A DNA stretch of 64,000 nucleotides from Patescibacteria group bacterium (GCA_034658815.1 JAYEFY010000030.1:3337-67336); one strand, 5' to 3'; shown: positions 39,501 to 49,757, counted from the stretch's first letter. Notes: generated from the letters alone by a model not told the origin. Numbers and translations are program-made.

Positions 39501-40049
39501 TTATACAAGTTCAATACTATCAAGGGTTTGATATGTTTTTTTCCCATTTTCAAAAATGCTTTCCATTACGTCAATGCTGTAGACGGGTATGACTGCGCGA
39601 ATATCAATTGATGAAAGATCTATGATCGTTTCAGTGCTTTGAACACGTTTTTTTTGTAAGCGAGCGAGAGTAACATGCGGGCGGAATTGCTTGGCATCTG
39701 TTTCCATACTTGAAATCGTTTCCTCAACAAGTTTCCTTATTTCGGATAAACAATTATTTCGCGGACCCTGCAGCCAGATCATTTTTTTTCTAACACTATC
39801 CGGTCCCCACGCGAAACTGTCAAATGTTATGTCAAAAATATTCTCTCCGGCCAATGATTTGCTTAACAACGCGCAAATATTTATAAGTGTGTTATCATTT
39901 TGATAGCCGAGAAAAGACAAGGTGAGATGATAATTTTCGCTCGGTACCCATTTTGCGTTAATTGTCTTAATAAGCGGATTTAATTTTCGATGAATGTATT
40001 TTTTTGTTGAACCGTCAAAATTTATCGCTACAAAAATCTTTCTTTGCAT
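39501..40049 (-). CDS. thpR: RNA 2',3'-cyclic phosphodiesterase (2H family)
   Basis: IFVAI, HLTL.FLG, FRPHVTLAR. Confidence 0.88.
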   Translation of the reverse strand: MQRKIFVAINFDGSTKKYIHRKLNPLIKTINAKWVPSENYHLTLSFLGYQNDNTLINICALLSKSLAGENIFDITFDSFAWGPDSVRKKMIWLQGPRNNCLSEIRKLVEETISSMETDAKQFRPHVTLARLQKKRVQSTETIIDLSSIDIRAVIPVYSIDVMESIFENGKKTYQTLDSIELV

Positions 40050-40141
40050 ATTGTTTTCCGAACATTTTTTAATGGGATTGTTTTCAAATTAGTTTCCCTG
40101 CCTCATCGCCTGTCTGCCGCCTGTGAAAGGCGGGGCGTTAG

Positions 40142-41191
40142 TCAACTCTTGGTAGGAATTGGTTTGACAACAGTCTCTTTATTGATTGCATCTCCAATAA
40201 GCAGACTGGCTGCGGTGGCAAAAGGCACGGCAATGATCACGCCTGAAGCTCCGGCAAGTGTTCCGCCGATAAGCAAGGAAAGAATTATTACAACAGGATT
40301 CAAGCCAACTGCTGTTCTCATTATCAATGGAACGAGAACGTAATTTTCAAACAGCTGGATTACAATGTAGGCTAAAAAAACAAACAAAGCGGTAAGCGGT
40401 GAAATGGTTAATGCCGCAAGAACTGCCGGAATAATCGCTATAGTGGGTCCGATAAATGGAATGATCTCAAGGAGACCTCCGATCAATGCGATGATAAGGG
40501 CGAATGGAACACCGAGGACACTCAGCGCGAGAAAATCAAGGGAGAAAACAATGGCGATCAAGGTTATTTGCCCGATCAACCAACGCCCGATCTTTGCTTG
40601 AATTCTTAAAACAAGTTCAATGGTATGATCCAGATGCTTTTTGGGAACTATTTGCTGTAAAAATCCGCGTGTCCCGTTTTTTTTCACAAGCATATAAAAT
40701 GAGAGAGATACGATGATAACGAGTTTGAATATGCCCGTTATAAATTGCAGAGAGTTGGAAAAAATTCCGGATAATGAATTAGCAATGCCATTTACCGTGT
40801 TATTGACCAAATATTGAAAGTTTTCTTCAAAATGGTAATCGACCGCTATTTGTGATATGCCCTTAAAAAAGGTGTTAATGTTGTTAAAATAAAGAGGGAA
40901 ACTTTCCGCGAATTCTTTTAGTTCGTTTATGATGATTGGAATGATAAGATAAAATACTAATCCGAGAACAAAGAAGAAAAACGTAAACAACCCGAGAGCG
41001 CTTGCAACGCGCGGTATTTTTTTCTTTTCTGATCTGTCAACAAACGGCTGCGCAGCGCTCACAACAATTATTGAAAGCAGTAGCAATAAGATAATATCGC
41101 GAATCAGGAATAATATCCACAAAAACAACAAAATAAAAACTGTTTGCCAGATTATCTTTGTTGATATCTCAATTTTTTTCATGTTTTTCAT
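40142..41191 (-). CDS. AI-2E family transporter
   Basis: Polytopic; IIPFIGP, IQLFENYVLVP, GLNP, AVP. Confidence 0.88.
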   Translation of the reverse strand: MKNMKKIEISTKIIWQTVFILLFLWILFLIRDIILLLLLSIIVVSAAQPFVDRSEKKKIPRVASALGLFTFFFFVLGLVFYLIIPIIINELKEFAESFPLYFNNINTFFKGISQIAVDYHFEENFQYLVNNTVNGIANSLSGIFSNSLQFITGIFKLVIIVSLSFYMLVKKNGTRGFLQQIVPKKHLDHTIELVLRIQAKIGRWLIGQITLIAIVFSLDFLALSVLGVPFALIIALIGGLLEIIPFIGPTIAIIPAVLAALTISPLTALFVFLAYIVIQLFENYVLVPLIMRTAVGLNPVVIILSLLIGGTLAGASGVIIAVPFATAASLLIGDAINKETVVKPIPTKS

Positions 41192-42462
41192 TTTAGACAA
41201 AGCATGTTTTCGATAGCCTGCTTATCTTTGTGCGGACCGACAACAGCTACATTCAAGCCACCGTTTCTGATTATTTTTTTCGCGACGTGCTGGATATCTT
41301 CCGCTGAAATGCCGTCGATTTTTTCGAAAAGTTGCTGCGGTGTTCTGATCTCTTTTCTGAAAAGTTCTTGATCGCCAAAAAATGTCGCGACAGCGCTAGT
41401 TGACTCAAGGGACATCAGCATTCTTCCCTTTAGATATTCTTTTGCTTTTCTTAATTCTTTTTTAGACACTTTTTTATCACGTATTTTCTCAAGTTCATTT
41501 AAAATTAATTTTATTGCCTTTTGCAGATTTTTGTGTTCAACTCCGGCGGCAAAAAAGAGATATCCGGTATCAGTGGCCATATCCATCGCGGCGTTAATAT
41601 AATATGTCAGCCCGTAGCGTTCTCTGATGTTGATAAATGCTCTACTGCTCATACCACCGCCCAGAATTGTTCCCAAAAGGACTGCTTTGTACCTGTCAGG
41701 GCTGAACATATGCGGTCCGCGCAATCCAACGATAAGATGCGTCTGATCTGTGTCTTTCCCATATAATTTAACAGCTGGTTTTGTTTGTTTTTCAATAGTT
41801 TTCCTTTTGGAGATCTTTTTTCGACTCTTTTTTTTGCTGTTGAAATATTGTTTGACGCGAGCTAGCGCTTTTTCCTCATCAAAATTTCCCGCGATTGTTA
41901 TAACTGTCGCGCGCGGAATGTACATCCTTTTCATATAATCAACGAATTTTTTTCTGTTGAATGTTTCAATGTTTTTTTCAGATCCGATGATATTCCATCC
42001 TGCCGGTTGGTCGCTGTAAAGCAATTCTTCAAAAACATCCCATACATACCGCATCGGTGTATCACGATACATTGCCGCTTCCTGCAATATCACTCCTCTT
42101 TCTCTGTCAATTTCATCTTGTGAAAGCAGAGAGTTCAGATATATGTCGCTGATAACATCCAGAGCCTTGCCAAAATGTTTTGTGGGAACTTTTATCCAAT
42201 ATCCGGTTTGTTCTTTTCCCGTGAAAGCGTTATATTCACCGCCGACATTATCCAGGAGTTCGGTAATGATCTTTGTTGTAGGACGGTTTTTTGTTCCCTT
42301 GAACATCATATGTTCCAGAAAATGCGAGATGCCGTTATTGAGCTTGTTCTCATATTTAGATCCCGCCTCAACAAGTATTTGTGTTGTTACCGTTTGGGTG
42401 TCTCTCATTGGAACAAATATGACTCTTAAGCCATTCTCCAATACATGTTTTTTGTATTCCAT
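41188..42462 (-). CDS. M16 family zinc peptidase
   Basis: GISHFLEHMMFKGT, NAFT, GGGMSSR. Confidence 0.95.
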   Translation of the reverse strand: MEYKKHVLENGLRVIFVPMRDTQTVTTQILVEAGSKYENKLNNGISHFLEHMMFKGTKNRPTTKIITELLDNVGGEYNAFTGKEQTGYWIKVPTKHFGKALDVISDIYLNSLLSQDEIDRERGVILQEAAMYRDTPMRYVWDVFEELLYSDQPAGWNIIGSEKNIETFNRKKFVDYMKRMYIPRATVITIAGNFDEEKALARVKQYFNSKKKSRKKISKRKTIEKQTKPAVKLYGKDTDQTHLIVGLRGPHMFSPDRYKAVLLGTILGGGMSSRAFINIRERYGLTYYINAAMDMATDTGYLFFAAGVEHKNLQKAIKLILNELEKIRDKKVSKKELRKAKEYLKGRMLMSLESTSAVATFFGDQELFRKEIRTPQQLFEKIDGISAEDIQHVAKKIIRNGGLNVAVVGPHKDKQAIENMLCLK

Positions 42463-42539
42463 CTGAAAATATTATTAAATTAACCCAGTTGTGGCTGTTT
42501 TCGTTCTCATGGTAGCAAGTAACATAACAAAACTCAAGT

Positions 42540-43397
42540 CTAAGCCATTCTAAGCCATTCCTTGATTGCCTCCTTGTAATTTCTAAGTTTTGGGAATTTC
42601 GTATTCAAGAGTACTGATGAACGCGGTCTTTTTGCGGGTCGAGGAAACTCTTCGGAACTCACGGGAATAACGCTCGTTTTAATCTTGGCAATTTCAAATA
42701 ATGTTTTGACTCCTTCGTACCATGTTACGGCGCCTTCATTTATCAAGTGATAGATTCCGTAACGGTACTCTTCTTCAACCAATCTTTTTGTTGCCTTGGC
42801 AAGATCCGGGACATAAGTAAAACACGATCTTTCACTGTCAATTACTTTCAATGAATCTTTTTCTTTCGCGAGCATGAGTATAGTCTCAAAAAAACTTTTT
42901 TTAGCTTCTTTTGATTTTCCGGGTTTTCCAAAAAGTTTTGAGGTGCGGATCAAATAATATTTATCTCCAACACGTTTTACATTCTTTTCACCCAGATCCT
43001 TTGATCTTCCGTATCGTGAAATAGGGTTTGTTCGGTCTGTTTCGGCATATTCTCCTTTTTCTCCGTCAAAAACATAGTCGGATACGTATTGGACAAAAAC
43101 TGCGTTGTGTTTTTTCGCCGCGCCGGCAAGGAATTTTGGCGCTTCACCATTTGTCATCTTTGCTTTTTCATATTCTTTGTCATCTTCTTCCGCTTTATCA
43201 ACCGCATTATAGGCTGCGGCGTTAATAACTATATCCGGCATTTCTTTGAGAAAGAGCATGTCTACTTGATCTTTACTGGTAATATCAATATTTTCAATGT
43301 CATACGCGGCAACTTCATAATTTTTATCAGCTGAAAACAGATCAACCAGTTCGCTTCCCAGCGTTCCTTTTGCTCCGATGATAAGCACTTTTTTCAT
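42540..43397 (-). CDS. rfbD: dTDP-4-dehydrorhamnose reductase
   Basis: GAKGTLG, NAAAYNAVD, DYVFDG, YGRSK, AKRP. Confidence 0.92.
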   Translation of the reverse strand: MKKVLIIGAKGTLGSELVDLFSADKNYEVAAYDIENIDITSKDQVDMLFLKEMPDIVINAAAYNAVDKAEEDDKEYEKAKMTNGEAPKFLAGAAKKHNAVFVQYVSDYVFDGEKGEYAETDRTNPISRYGRSKDLGEKNVKRVGDKYYLIRTSKLFGKPGKSKEAKKSFFETILMLAKEKDSLKVIDSERSCFTYVPDLAKATKRLVEEEYRYGIYHLINEGAVTWYEGVKTLFEIAKIKTSVIPVSSEEFPRPAKRPRSSVLLNTKFPKLRNYKEAIKEWLRMA

Positions 43398-43416
43398 TTT
43401 TTAATATCTTTTAAAA

Positions 43417-43446
43417 TGTTAGAAACCCCAGCGTTGTTTACACTTT
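43417..43446 (-). repeat. Solo right end of MITE family A
   Basis: TGTTAGAAACCCCAGCGTTGTTTACACTTT matches the reverse complement of 38227-38256 at 29/30 positions. Confidence 0.75.
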
Positions 43447-43517
43447 AATACTCAATACTCAATGATTGAACATTAAAACATTGATTATTGGATATTAAGC
43501 CATGCTCATCTATTCTA

Positions 43518-44543
43518 TCACGCAACAGAATTTTGCTTCGGTGAACCGTATTGCTTTTTATAATATTCTTGGTACTTGCCGGATTTGACGCTTTTCCACC
43601 ATCTTTTGTTATTTTTGTACCATTCCACGGTTTCTCGCAGCCCGTCTTCGAAAGAAATTCTTGGCTCCCATCCCAACTCTTTCTTTATTTTTGAAAAGTC
43701 AATGGCGTATCGCCTGTCATGCCCCGGCCGGTCTTTAACATATTCAATTTCTCCATCTTCCCTGCCCATTATTTTCAAGATCGCGCGCGTAATTTCCATA
43801 TTGGTTTTTTCGCTGTCTCCGCCAACACAATAAGTCTCTCCAATTTTTCCGTTATGGATTATTTCATCAATAGCCCGGCAATGATCTTCTACATGCAGCC
43901 AGTCGCGAATGTTCTTCCCGTCGCCATAAACGGGAATTTTCCCCCCTTCAATTAAATTAGTCGCGAAAAGAGGGATCAGTTTTTCCGGAAATTGGTACCG
44001 ACCATAATTATTGGAACAGTTGGAAATGGTAATGGGCAAATCATAGGTATGAAAATACGCCCGCACCAAATGATCAGAGGCCGCTTTTGAAGCGCTGTAG
44101 GGGCTTCGCGGGTCATACGGCGCGCTCTCATTGAATGCCGAGTCATTCTTTTCGAGTGATCCGTACACTTCATCAGTGGAAACATGATGGAAACGTTTAT
44201 TTCCACTGTTTTTAGCGGTTTCCAGTAATGTGTGTGTGCCGTTGACATTTGTTCTTATGAAAGTGTCACTGTTAAGGATCGATCTGTCCACGTGGGATTC
44301 TGCCGCGAAATGAACGATTGTGTCCGCATCTTTTACAAGCTTGTTAACCAATTTCTTGTCAGTAATATCACCTTTTACAAATTCATAATTAGGATTATTC
44401 TCGATTCCTTTCAGATTTTCCAGATTTCCGGCGTAAGTAAGAGCGTCCAGATTGACAATTTTGTGATCTGGATATTTCTTAAGAATATAATGAATAAAAT
44501 TACTGCCTATGAATCCGCAACCTCCTGTAACCAACAGTTTCAT
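43518..44543 (-). CDS. rfbB: dTDP-glucose 4,6-dehydratase
   Basis: TGGCGFIGSN, DALTYAGN, AAESHVDRS, STDEVYG, YSASK, DRPGHDRRY. Confidence 0.96.
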   Translation of the reverse strand: MKLLVTGGCGFIGSNFIHYILKKYPDHKIVNLDALTYAGNLENLKGIENNPNYEFVKGDITDKKLVNKLVKDADTIVHFAAESHVDRSILNSDTFIRTNVNGTHTLLETAKNSGNKRFHHVSTDEVYGSLEKNDSAFNESAPYDPRSPYSASKAASDHLVRAYFHTYDLPITISNCSNNYGRYQFPEKLIPLFATNLIEGGKIPVYGDGKNIRDWLHVEDHCRAIDEIIHNGKIGETYCVGGDSEKTNMEITRAILKIMGREDGEIEYVKDRPGHDRRYAIDFSKIKKELGWEPRISFEDGLRETVEWYKNNKRWWKSVKSGKYQEYYKKQYGSPKQNSVA

Positions 44544-44573
44544 AAATAATGATAGTTTAAAATTTAATTAGAG

Positions 44574-44648
44574 TTAAAGCCGACCTGTCCGCCGAAGCTT
44601 TAGCGAAAGCGGATGAATCCCGGCGCCGCCGGTAACCAATAATTTCAT
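44574..44648 (-). pseudogene. Duplicate N-terminal stub of an rfbB-like epimerase fused to a palindrome
   Basis: Encodes MKLLVTGGAG and then runs into a CCGCCGAAGCTTTAGCGAAAGCGG repeat. Confidence 0.6.
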
Positions 44649-44736
44649 AAAGTTTTTTAAGTTATTATATGTTACAATCTAAATTCTATTATATTCCCTG
44701 TTTTTTATCAACATTCTTGTGAAAAGTTTTGGTATT

Positions 44737-44840
44737 GTCATTCCGATCCCGCTCTAGCGGGAGAGGAATCGCTTCGCGGAAAATAGAAAGCATTTCAATG
44801 CAAAGGAATCCTTCGTCTGCCTAAGGCGAATCAGAATAAT
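44737..44840. repeat. REP-like palindromic element
   Basis: GTCATTCCGATCCCGCTCTAGCGGGAGAGGAATC...AATCCTTCG...CAGAAT; same architecture as the core of 31962-32155. Confidence 0.55.
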
Positions 44841-45129
44841 AGGGAAAGTGCCTAGTATCAAGCATATTAATTCCCAATTTAATTTATTGATAATTGAGAA
44901 ATTGATAATTGAATGAAAATTGTAAATTGTAAATTTATTCAAAGTTTCCGTCTTTGTCCTGTATAAGTAGTATTGGGTTTTGAATGCAGTAAGGTGGATA
45001 GAATATTGACCAACTTTCTTTTTAATGCATATACTCTATTAGTTCCTAAAAAATTGGTTCTTTCAGATATTTCGAAAATATCATACCGACACTGAAAGTA
45101 AATACAGAAATAATAAATGGAGGTTGATC

Positions 45130-46356
45130 ATGAAAAGAAGAGTTGTTGTGACAGGCATGGGGCTGATTTCCAGCATCGGCAGTTCCGTTGATGAAGTAGC
45201 GAACGCGCTCTTTAGGGGAAGATCGGGGATCGTTTTTTGCTCTGAATACGCGGAAATGGGCATGGCGTCTCATATTGCCGGAAACTTGCCGGATCCTAAA
45301 GAAATGATTGGCAATAAAAGAACAACTCGTTTTATGAGTATGGGCGCGGCTTTTGCTTATTTGGCAATGCAACAGGCTATAAATGATTCCGGTCTTAGTG
45401 AAAAAGATGTTAGTAATTCGCGAACAGGATTGATTGTTGGGACAGGAGGCGGATCACCGGCTGATTCCGTTTTTGTGGCTGACACGCTTCGAAATAAGGG
45501 CTTCAAGAAAGTGCTGCCAACACTTGTTCCAAGATGTATGGATAGCTCCCCGTCTGCCAATCTAAGTGTATTATTTAGCACAAAGGGGGTATCCTTTTCT
45601 ATTGCTTCCGCCTGCGCGACAAGCGCTCACTGCATTGGCGAAGCTTGGGAAAAAATAGTATTCGGAAAACAAGAAGTTATGTTTGCCGGCGGTTCGGATG
45701 AAAAGGATTGGATTATTGCGTCAACGTTTGACAGAGCGGGTGCATTATCAAGGCGCAATGATGCTCCGGAGCGAGCATCCAGGCCATATGACAAAGATCG
45801 TGACGGTTTTGTTATGGCGGGTGGCGGAGGTGTTATCGTTTTAGAAGAACTGAACCACGCGCTAGAACGCAACGGGGAAATTCACGCGGAAATTATCGGA
45901 TATGGCACCACATCCGATGGCTTAAGCATGACTCAACCGTCAGAAAAAGGTACTGCGCGGTGCATGCGACAGGCGCTGGAAGTTGCCAGCCTGAATAGCA
46001 AATCAGTGAATTATATAAACACTCATGGCACAAGCACTCCAGCTGGAGATATAGTTGAACTGAAGGCCATTAAGAAAGTGTTTGGCAACAATATTCCATT
46101 TATTAGCTCCACCAAGTCAATGACCGGGCATGGACTTGGCGCGGCCGGAGCGCATGAACTGATCTTCTCGATCATAATGATGCAGCGCGGTTTTATCGCG
46201 CCGTCCATCAACATTGAAAATCTGGACACGGACGCCAAGAATTTTCCGATCATAACTGAAACCATGGAAAACTACGCGCCGGAAATCGTAATGTCCAATA
46301 GCTTTGGTTTCGGAGGAACTAATGTAACGCTTATCGTGAAGCGTTATGCGAACTAG
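45130..46356 (+). CDS. fabB: Beta-ketoacyl-ACP synthase I
   Basis: RRVVVTG, catalytic SACATS, NTHGTST, TKSMTGH, SNSFGFGG. SD GGAGGT at 45119-45124; promoter-like TTGACC-18-TATACT at 45006-45035. Confidence 0.9.
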   Translation: MKRRVVVTGMGLISSIGSSVDEVANALFRGRSGIVFCSEYAEMGMASHIAGNLPDPKEMIGNKRTTRFMSMGAAFAYLAMQQAINDSGLSEKDVSNSRTGLIVGTGGGSPADSVFVADTLRNKGFKKVLPTLVPRCMDSSPSANLSVLFSTKGVSFSIASACATSAHCIGEAWEKIVFGKQEVMFAGGSDEKDWIIASTFDRAGALSRRNDAPERASRPYDKDRDGFVMAGGGGVIVLEELNHALERNGEIHAEIIGYGTTSDGLSMTQPSEKGTARCMRQALEVASLNSKSVNYINTHGTSTPAGDIVELKAIKKVFGNNIPFISSTKSMTGHGLGAAGAHELIFSIIMMQRGFIAPSINIENLDTDAKNFPIITETMENYAPEIVMSNSFGFGGTNVTLIVKRYAN

Positions 46357-46386
46357 GACTCTGTAGCACAGAGATCCTGACAAAAA

Positions 46387-46415
46387 CGCCGGGTGTTTCC
46401 ACGAAACATCCGGCG
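46387..46415. terminator. Hairpin terminator between fabB and the convergent NUDIX gene
   Basis: CGCCGGGTGTTTC-CAC-GAAACATCCGGCG. Confidence 0.7.
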
Positions 46416-46483
46416 ATCTTTATTTCTAATAACAATTTTTGCCGATAATCGGCATTTTTACACTTGCCTGCAAAAAACTGTCT

Positions 46484-47059
46484 TCAATTATTCCGAGGGC
46501 TACTATTCAATAAAATTTTGCGCGCAAAAGATAACGAAGCAATTGTTTGACCATCAATAATCTTTCCGTCGTTTATCATCTTGTACGCTTCTTTTATTCC
46601 GATTTCAACAACTTTCATTTTTGCTTCCTTTTCTGAATCTTCAAGCTTTTGACCGACAAATTCCAGATCTTTTGCTAAATAGACAAAACATATTTCCGAG
46701 GTTATTCCCGAAATAGAAGAAAATTTTCCAATTTTCTTTATCGAGCCGCTTTGATAGCCGGTTTCTTCTCTTAGTTCATTTTTAGCAGTTTGCGGCGGAG
46801 TGTTTCCTTTCCCAATTACTCCGTTGGGAAGTTCCAATGTCCGCTGTTTAAGAGGATAACGATATTGTTTTACAAAGATTATCTTATCCTTCCTTACAGG
46901 AACCACAAAAGACGAATTACCGGTGTCTATGACATAATAATTTCCTTTTTTTCCGCTTGGCAATGAAAATTTCTCATGTTTTACGCAGTACCATGGATTT
47001 TTATGAACTGTTTTTGATGATAACGTCTGCCAATTTCTTGTTTTCTTATTTTTCTTCAT
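46484..47059 (-). CDS. NUDIX hydrolase (ADP-ribose pyrophosphatase-like)
   Basis: VKQYRYP, LELPNG...AKNELREETGY, IIDGQT. Confidence 0.88.
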   Translation of the reverse strand: MKKNKKTRNWQTLSSKTVHKNPWYCVKHEKFSLPSGKKGNYYVIDTGNSSFVVPVRKDKIIFVKQYRYPLKQRTLELPNGVIGKGNTPPQTAKNELREETGYQSGSIKKIGKFSSISGITSEICFVYLAKDLEFVGQKLEDSEKEAKMKVVEIGIKEAYKMINDGKIIDGQTIASLSFARKILLNSSPRNN

Positions 47060-47618
47060 ACGTAAAGTCTTTTGCGATACTCTTAAAAGCACTGTTTTTT
47101 TGATCTTTTTCTGAAATAATCGGTTTATCGATTCTGTATTTTTCCATCTGCCAATCAGTGTTCAAATCCGGATCGTTCCACATTATTCCCCTTTCCGATT
47201 CAGGGCTATACGAATTGGTGCATTTGTAACTGAAAATTGTGTCATCTTTCAGCGAAATAAAGCCGTGTGCGAACCCGAGCGGGATCCAAAGTTGTTTTTT
47301 ATTCTCCTCGTTGAGTTCCACAGACATATATTGTCCAAAAGTCGGTGATCCAAAACGAATATCAACTGCCACATCCAAGATTGCGCCTTGAATTACATAA
47401 ACTAGCTTGCCTTGAGCGTAGGGATTAATTTGATAATGAAGTCCGCGCAAAACTCCTTTGGCGGATTTAGACAAATTGTCCTGAAGAAAATCATATTTTA
47501 TTCCCGCTTCTTTGTACTTTTCTTGATTGTAAGTTTCCAAAAAAAAGCCGCGTTCGTCTCCGAATACTCGCGGTTCAATGGTCAAAAGCCCTTCAATTTT
47601 TGTTTTAATCACTTTCAT
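47046..47618 (-). CDS. rfbC: dTDP-4-dehydrorhamnose 3,5-epimerase
   Basis: FGDERGFF, GVLRGLHYQ, DVAVDIR.GSPTFG, GFAHGF, SEKD. Confidence 0.95.
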   Translation of the reverse strand: MKVIKTKIEGLLTIEPRVFGDERGFFLETYNQEKYKEAGIKYDFLQDNLSKSAKGVLRGLHYQINPYAQGKLVYVIQGAILDVAVDIRFGSPTFGQYMSVELNEENKKQLWIPLGFAHGFISLKDDTIFSYKCTNSYSPESERGIMWNDPDLNTDWQMEKYRIDKPIISEKDQKNSAFKSIAKDFTYEEK

Positions 47619-47733
47619 GCTGTTTAAATGATAATATAACTTTTTTAAAAAAGCAACAAGCGTTAAGAATAAATTTATTTTGTTCAAATAAAATGAGTCC
47701 TGCAGAATTTTCCGCAGAGCTCATATCTCTAAG

Positions 47734-48374
47734 TTAGAATCTTATTTCCAAACCGGTTAAGATTGCGTCGGCCTGCATCCCTTTATCATTCCATTTGCGT
47801 TGGATTATGGCAAAAGGGGCTAAGCCGTTTTTGAATTTATAGCCGATTTTAAACGGCCGGAAATGGAAATTTTCTGTTCCGTTCTTGGTATGATAATACC
47901 AAGTCTCTATTCCGCAGTACCATCCGTGTCTTTTGTTGTTTATCAGGCGCAGAAACAAGTCTATCTTATCTCTGCCATCCGTAAGGTCAAAGTAGTAAGT
48001 GCCTACTGTAAAAACAGACACTTTACCACAGAACCCATAAAACGAAAAGAAGGGCCGGCTGTTTCGTTGCCCAGTGAATCAGAGCTGTATTCAGCTCCGA
48101 ACTGCCAGCCATTGCCAATCTTGTAATAGACACAGGGAATGATCAGCTTAAAATTATTTTCACCGGTAATAAACCGAAATCCCAATGCCCATTTGTCAAG
48201 GCTGTTATTACCGAAGACGTTATAGGTACCGGTATAACTATCTCCTCCTTTGATTTTGCCGGTTTCATAGTGAAGCATGAGGTAATTATCTTTGGCTCCG
48301 CCCGCGTAAATTACTGGCACCAGTACTTGGCAAAAGAAAAGCACTAAAAAAAGTGTTGAACATGTATGTTTCAT
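47734..48374 (-). pseudogene. Frameshifted secreted beta-strand-rich protein (outer-membrane beta-barrel-like)
   Basis: Signal peptide; two overlapping ORFs (48374-48003 and 48021-47734) join with one added base near 48028; ends GLEIRF. Confidence 0.55.
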
Positions 48375-48424
48375 TTATTTCTTCCCTTTTTTGAATTGCC
48401 GGAAGAAACAATTTTATCTTCCGG

Positions 48425-49636
48425 TTATTTTAATTGATGGATTGTAAATTGCCCGAAATTAAAATAACCGAAAATTGGCACATGTTCAATTTTTTGCACA
48501 ATGATTTGACGAGGAAAACGTCCCCAAAAGACTTTGATAATTGCCGAAGACCCAAAGGTAATTAACTGAATTATCAGCGCTTCGGTGCCTGTTTTTTGAG
48601 GATAGTCACCGTCATCACTGTTGTCGTTTCTTTGATCAATGTTTCCGTTTTCTATTTCTTGAAAGGCGGAAACGATTTTGGTCATGGTTGAACCGTCCCT
48701 TGCTTGAATTGCTTGTTGAGCAAAGGATATTTCTATTGCCGGCGAGAATACGTACAGCAAAATAGCCGGAATCAAGGCCGCGAAAAGTGTTCTTTCGAAA
48801 GAATGGCTGTTAACCAGTCGAAATTGCTTTATCCAATTTTGGCAGTTTCCGGATTGAGCAACTTCTTGAGCCAGCTTTTTTTCTTCCGCGCTCAAATGCC
48901 GGAAAAACTTTCCTAACCTGCGCAGTTCCGCTTCTACCCGAATTTCGCGAACGACATTAAACGGGTAGCGAAAGAGGAAAACAGGCCACAATAAAACAGA
49001 TGATAAAAACCTTGTTTTGTCCGCTAAAATTGTTTCAAGGATTCCTTTTCTTTCTGACATTCTTACGCAATAAAGAAGAATGATCAGAAAGAAGGCTCGT
49101 GAATAGAGAGTCATAGCCCAATTCAGTAAACACTTTAGACTTTCGTCCCAACCTTTCTCTTCAATGTCCGCGTAGCATTCTTCTCTATAACCTGCTCGGG
49201 TTTCCAGCCATTTGCGGTAAGAGACTCTGGCAATTTCAATATCATGATGTGTAAATTTCTTGCCAATGCTTTTTCGGTTGATATTCTGAAGATTAATAAG
49301 TTTGAACGGAAATCCATACGAAAAATCATATCCCAGTTTTTCTCCAATTTCCGTTTCTTTTCCGTTAACTTTTTTCAGATCTTCAAAATAGTCCCGTGGA
49401 CTATAATCATCTCCTTTTTCTTGAGCTTTCATTACTAGCTCAGCTACTAATAGATCAATTTCCCTGTTTGCTTTTTTTTCTTCTACCCAGTCTCTTTTTT
49501 TATCGAACTCCATGTTCTCTAAAATTGCAACCTTGACCGGAGTAAAAAATTGTCCGGCGCAAAAAATAAGCAAAATCCATATTCCCGTCTTAAGAAGCCA
49601 GGAATAATCATCAAAAAACCTTTCCAGTTTTTTCAT
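48425..49636 (-). CDS. Hypothetical membrane protein
   Basis: 403-aa ORF with several TM segments and SD AAGGAG; no recognisable motif. Confidence 0.75.
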   Translation of the reverse strand: MKKLERFFDDYSWLLKTGIWILLIFCAGQFFTPVKVAILENMEFDKKRDWVEEKKANREIDLLVAELVMKAQEKGDDYSPRDYFEDLKKVNGKETEIGEKLGYDFSYGFPFKLINLQNINRKSIGKKFTHHDIEIARVSYRKWLETRAGYREECYADIEEKGWDESLKCLLNWAMTLYSRAFFLIILLYCVRMSERKGILETILADKTRFLSSVLLWPVFLFRYPFNVVREIRVEAELRRLGKFFRHLSAEEKKLAQEVAQSGNCQNWIKQFRLVNSHSFERTLFAALIPAILLYVFSPAIEISFAQQAIQARDGSTMTKIVSAFQEIENGNIDQRNDNSDDGDYPQKTGTEALIIQLITFGSSAIIKVFWGRFPRQIIVQKIEHVPIFGYFNFGQFTIHQLK

Positions 49637-49728
49637 TTTTCCCGATCTCCTTTTCTATGGGTTATTTTCTTGTGAATTATTCTGTTTTCAAATAACTGCG
49701 CTTTTTATTAAAAAGAAAGCGACTTTTG

Positions 49729-49757
49729 AGTATGGCATAGAACAGAATTTATGTCAA
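49729..49757 (-). promoter_or_regulatory. Putative sigma70 promoter
   Basis: TTGACA-17 nt-CATACT with extended TG on the minus strand. Confidence 0.6.

Noticed and set aside
39501-40049. ThpR and RtcB as one RNA-repair system
   Set aside because: They are more than 20 kb apart, on opposite strands and in unrelated operons.
44866-44942. AT-rich short tandem repeats (also 43447-43500) as an origin or iterons
   Set aside because: They are degenerate approx. 7-mer intergenic repeats with no DnaA boxes or rep gene.
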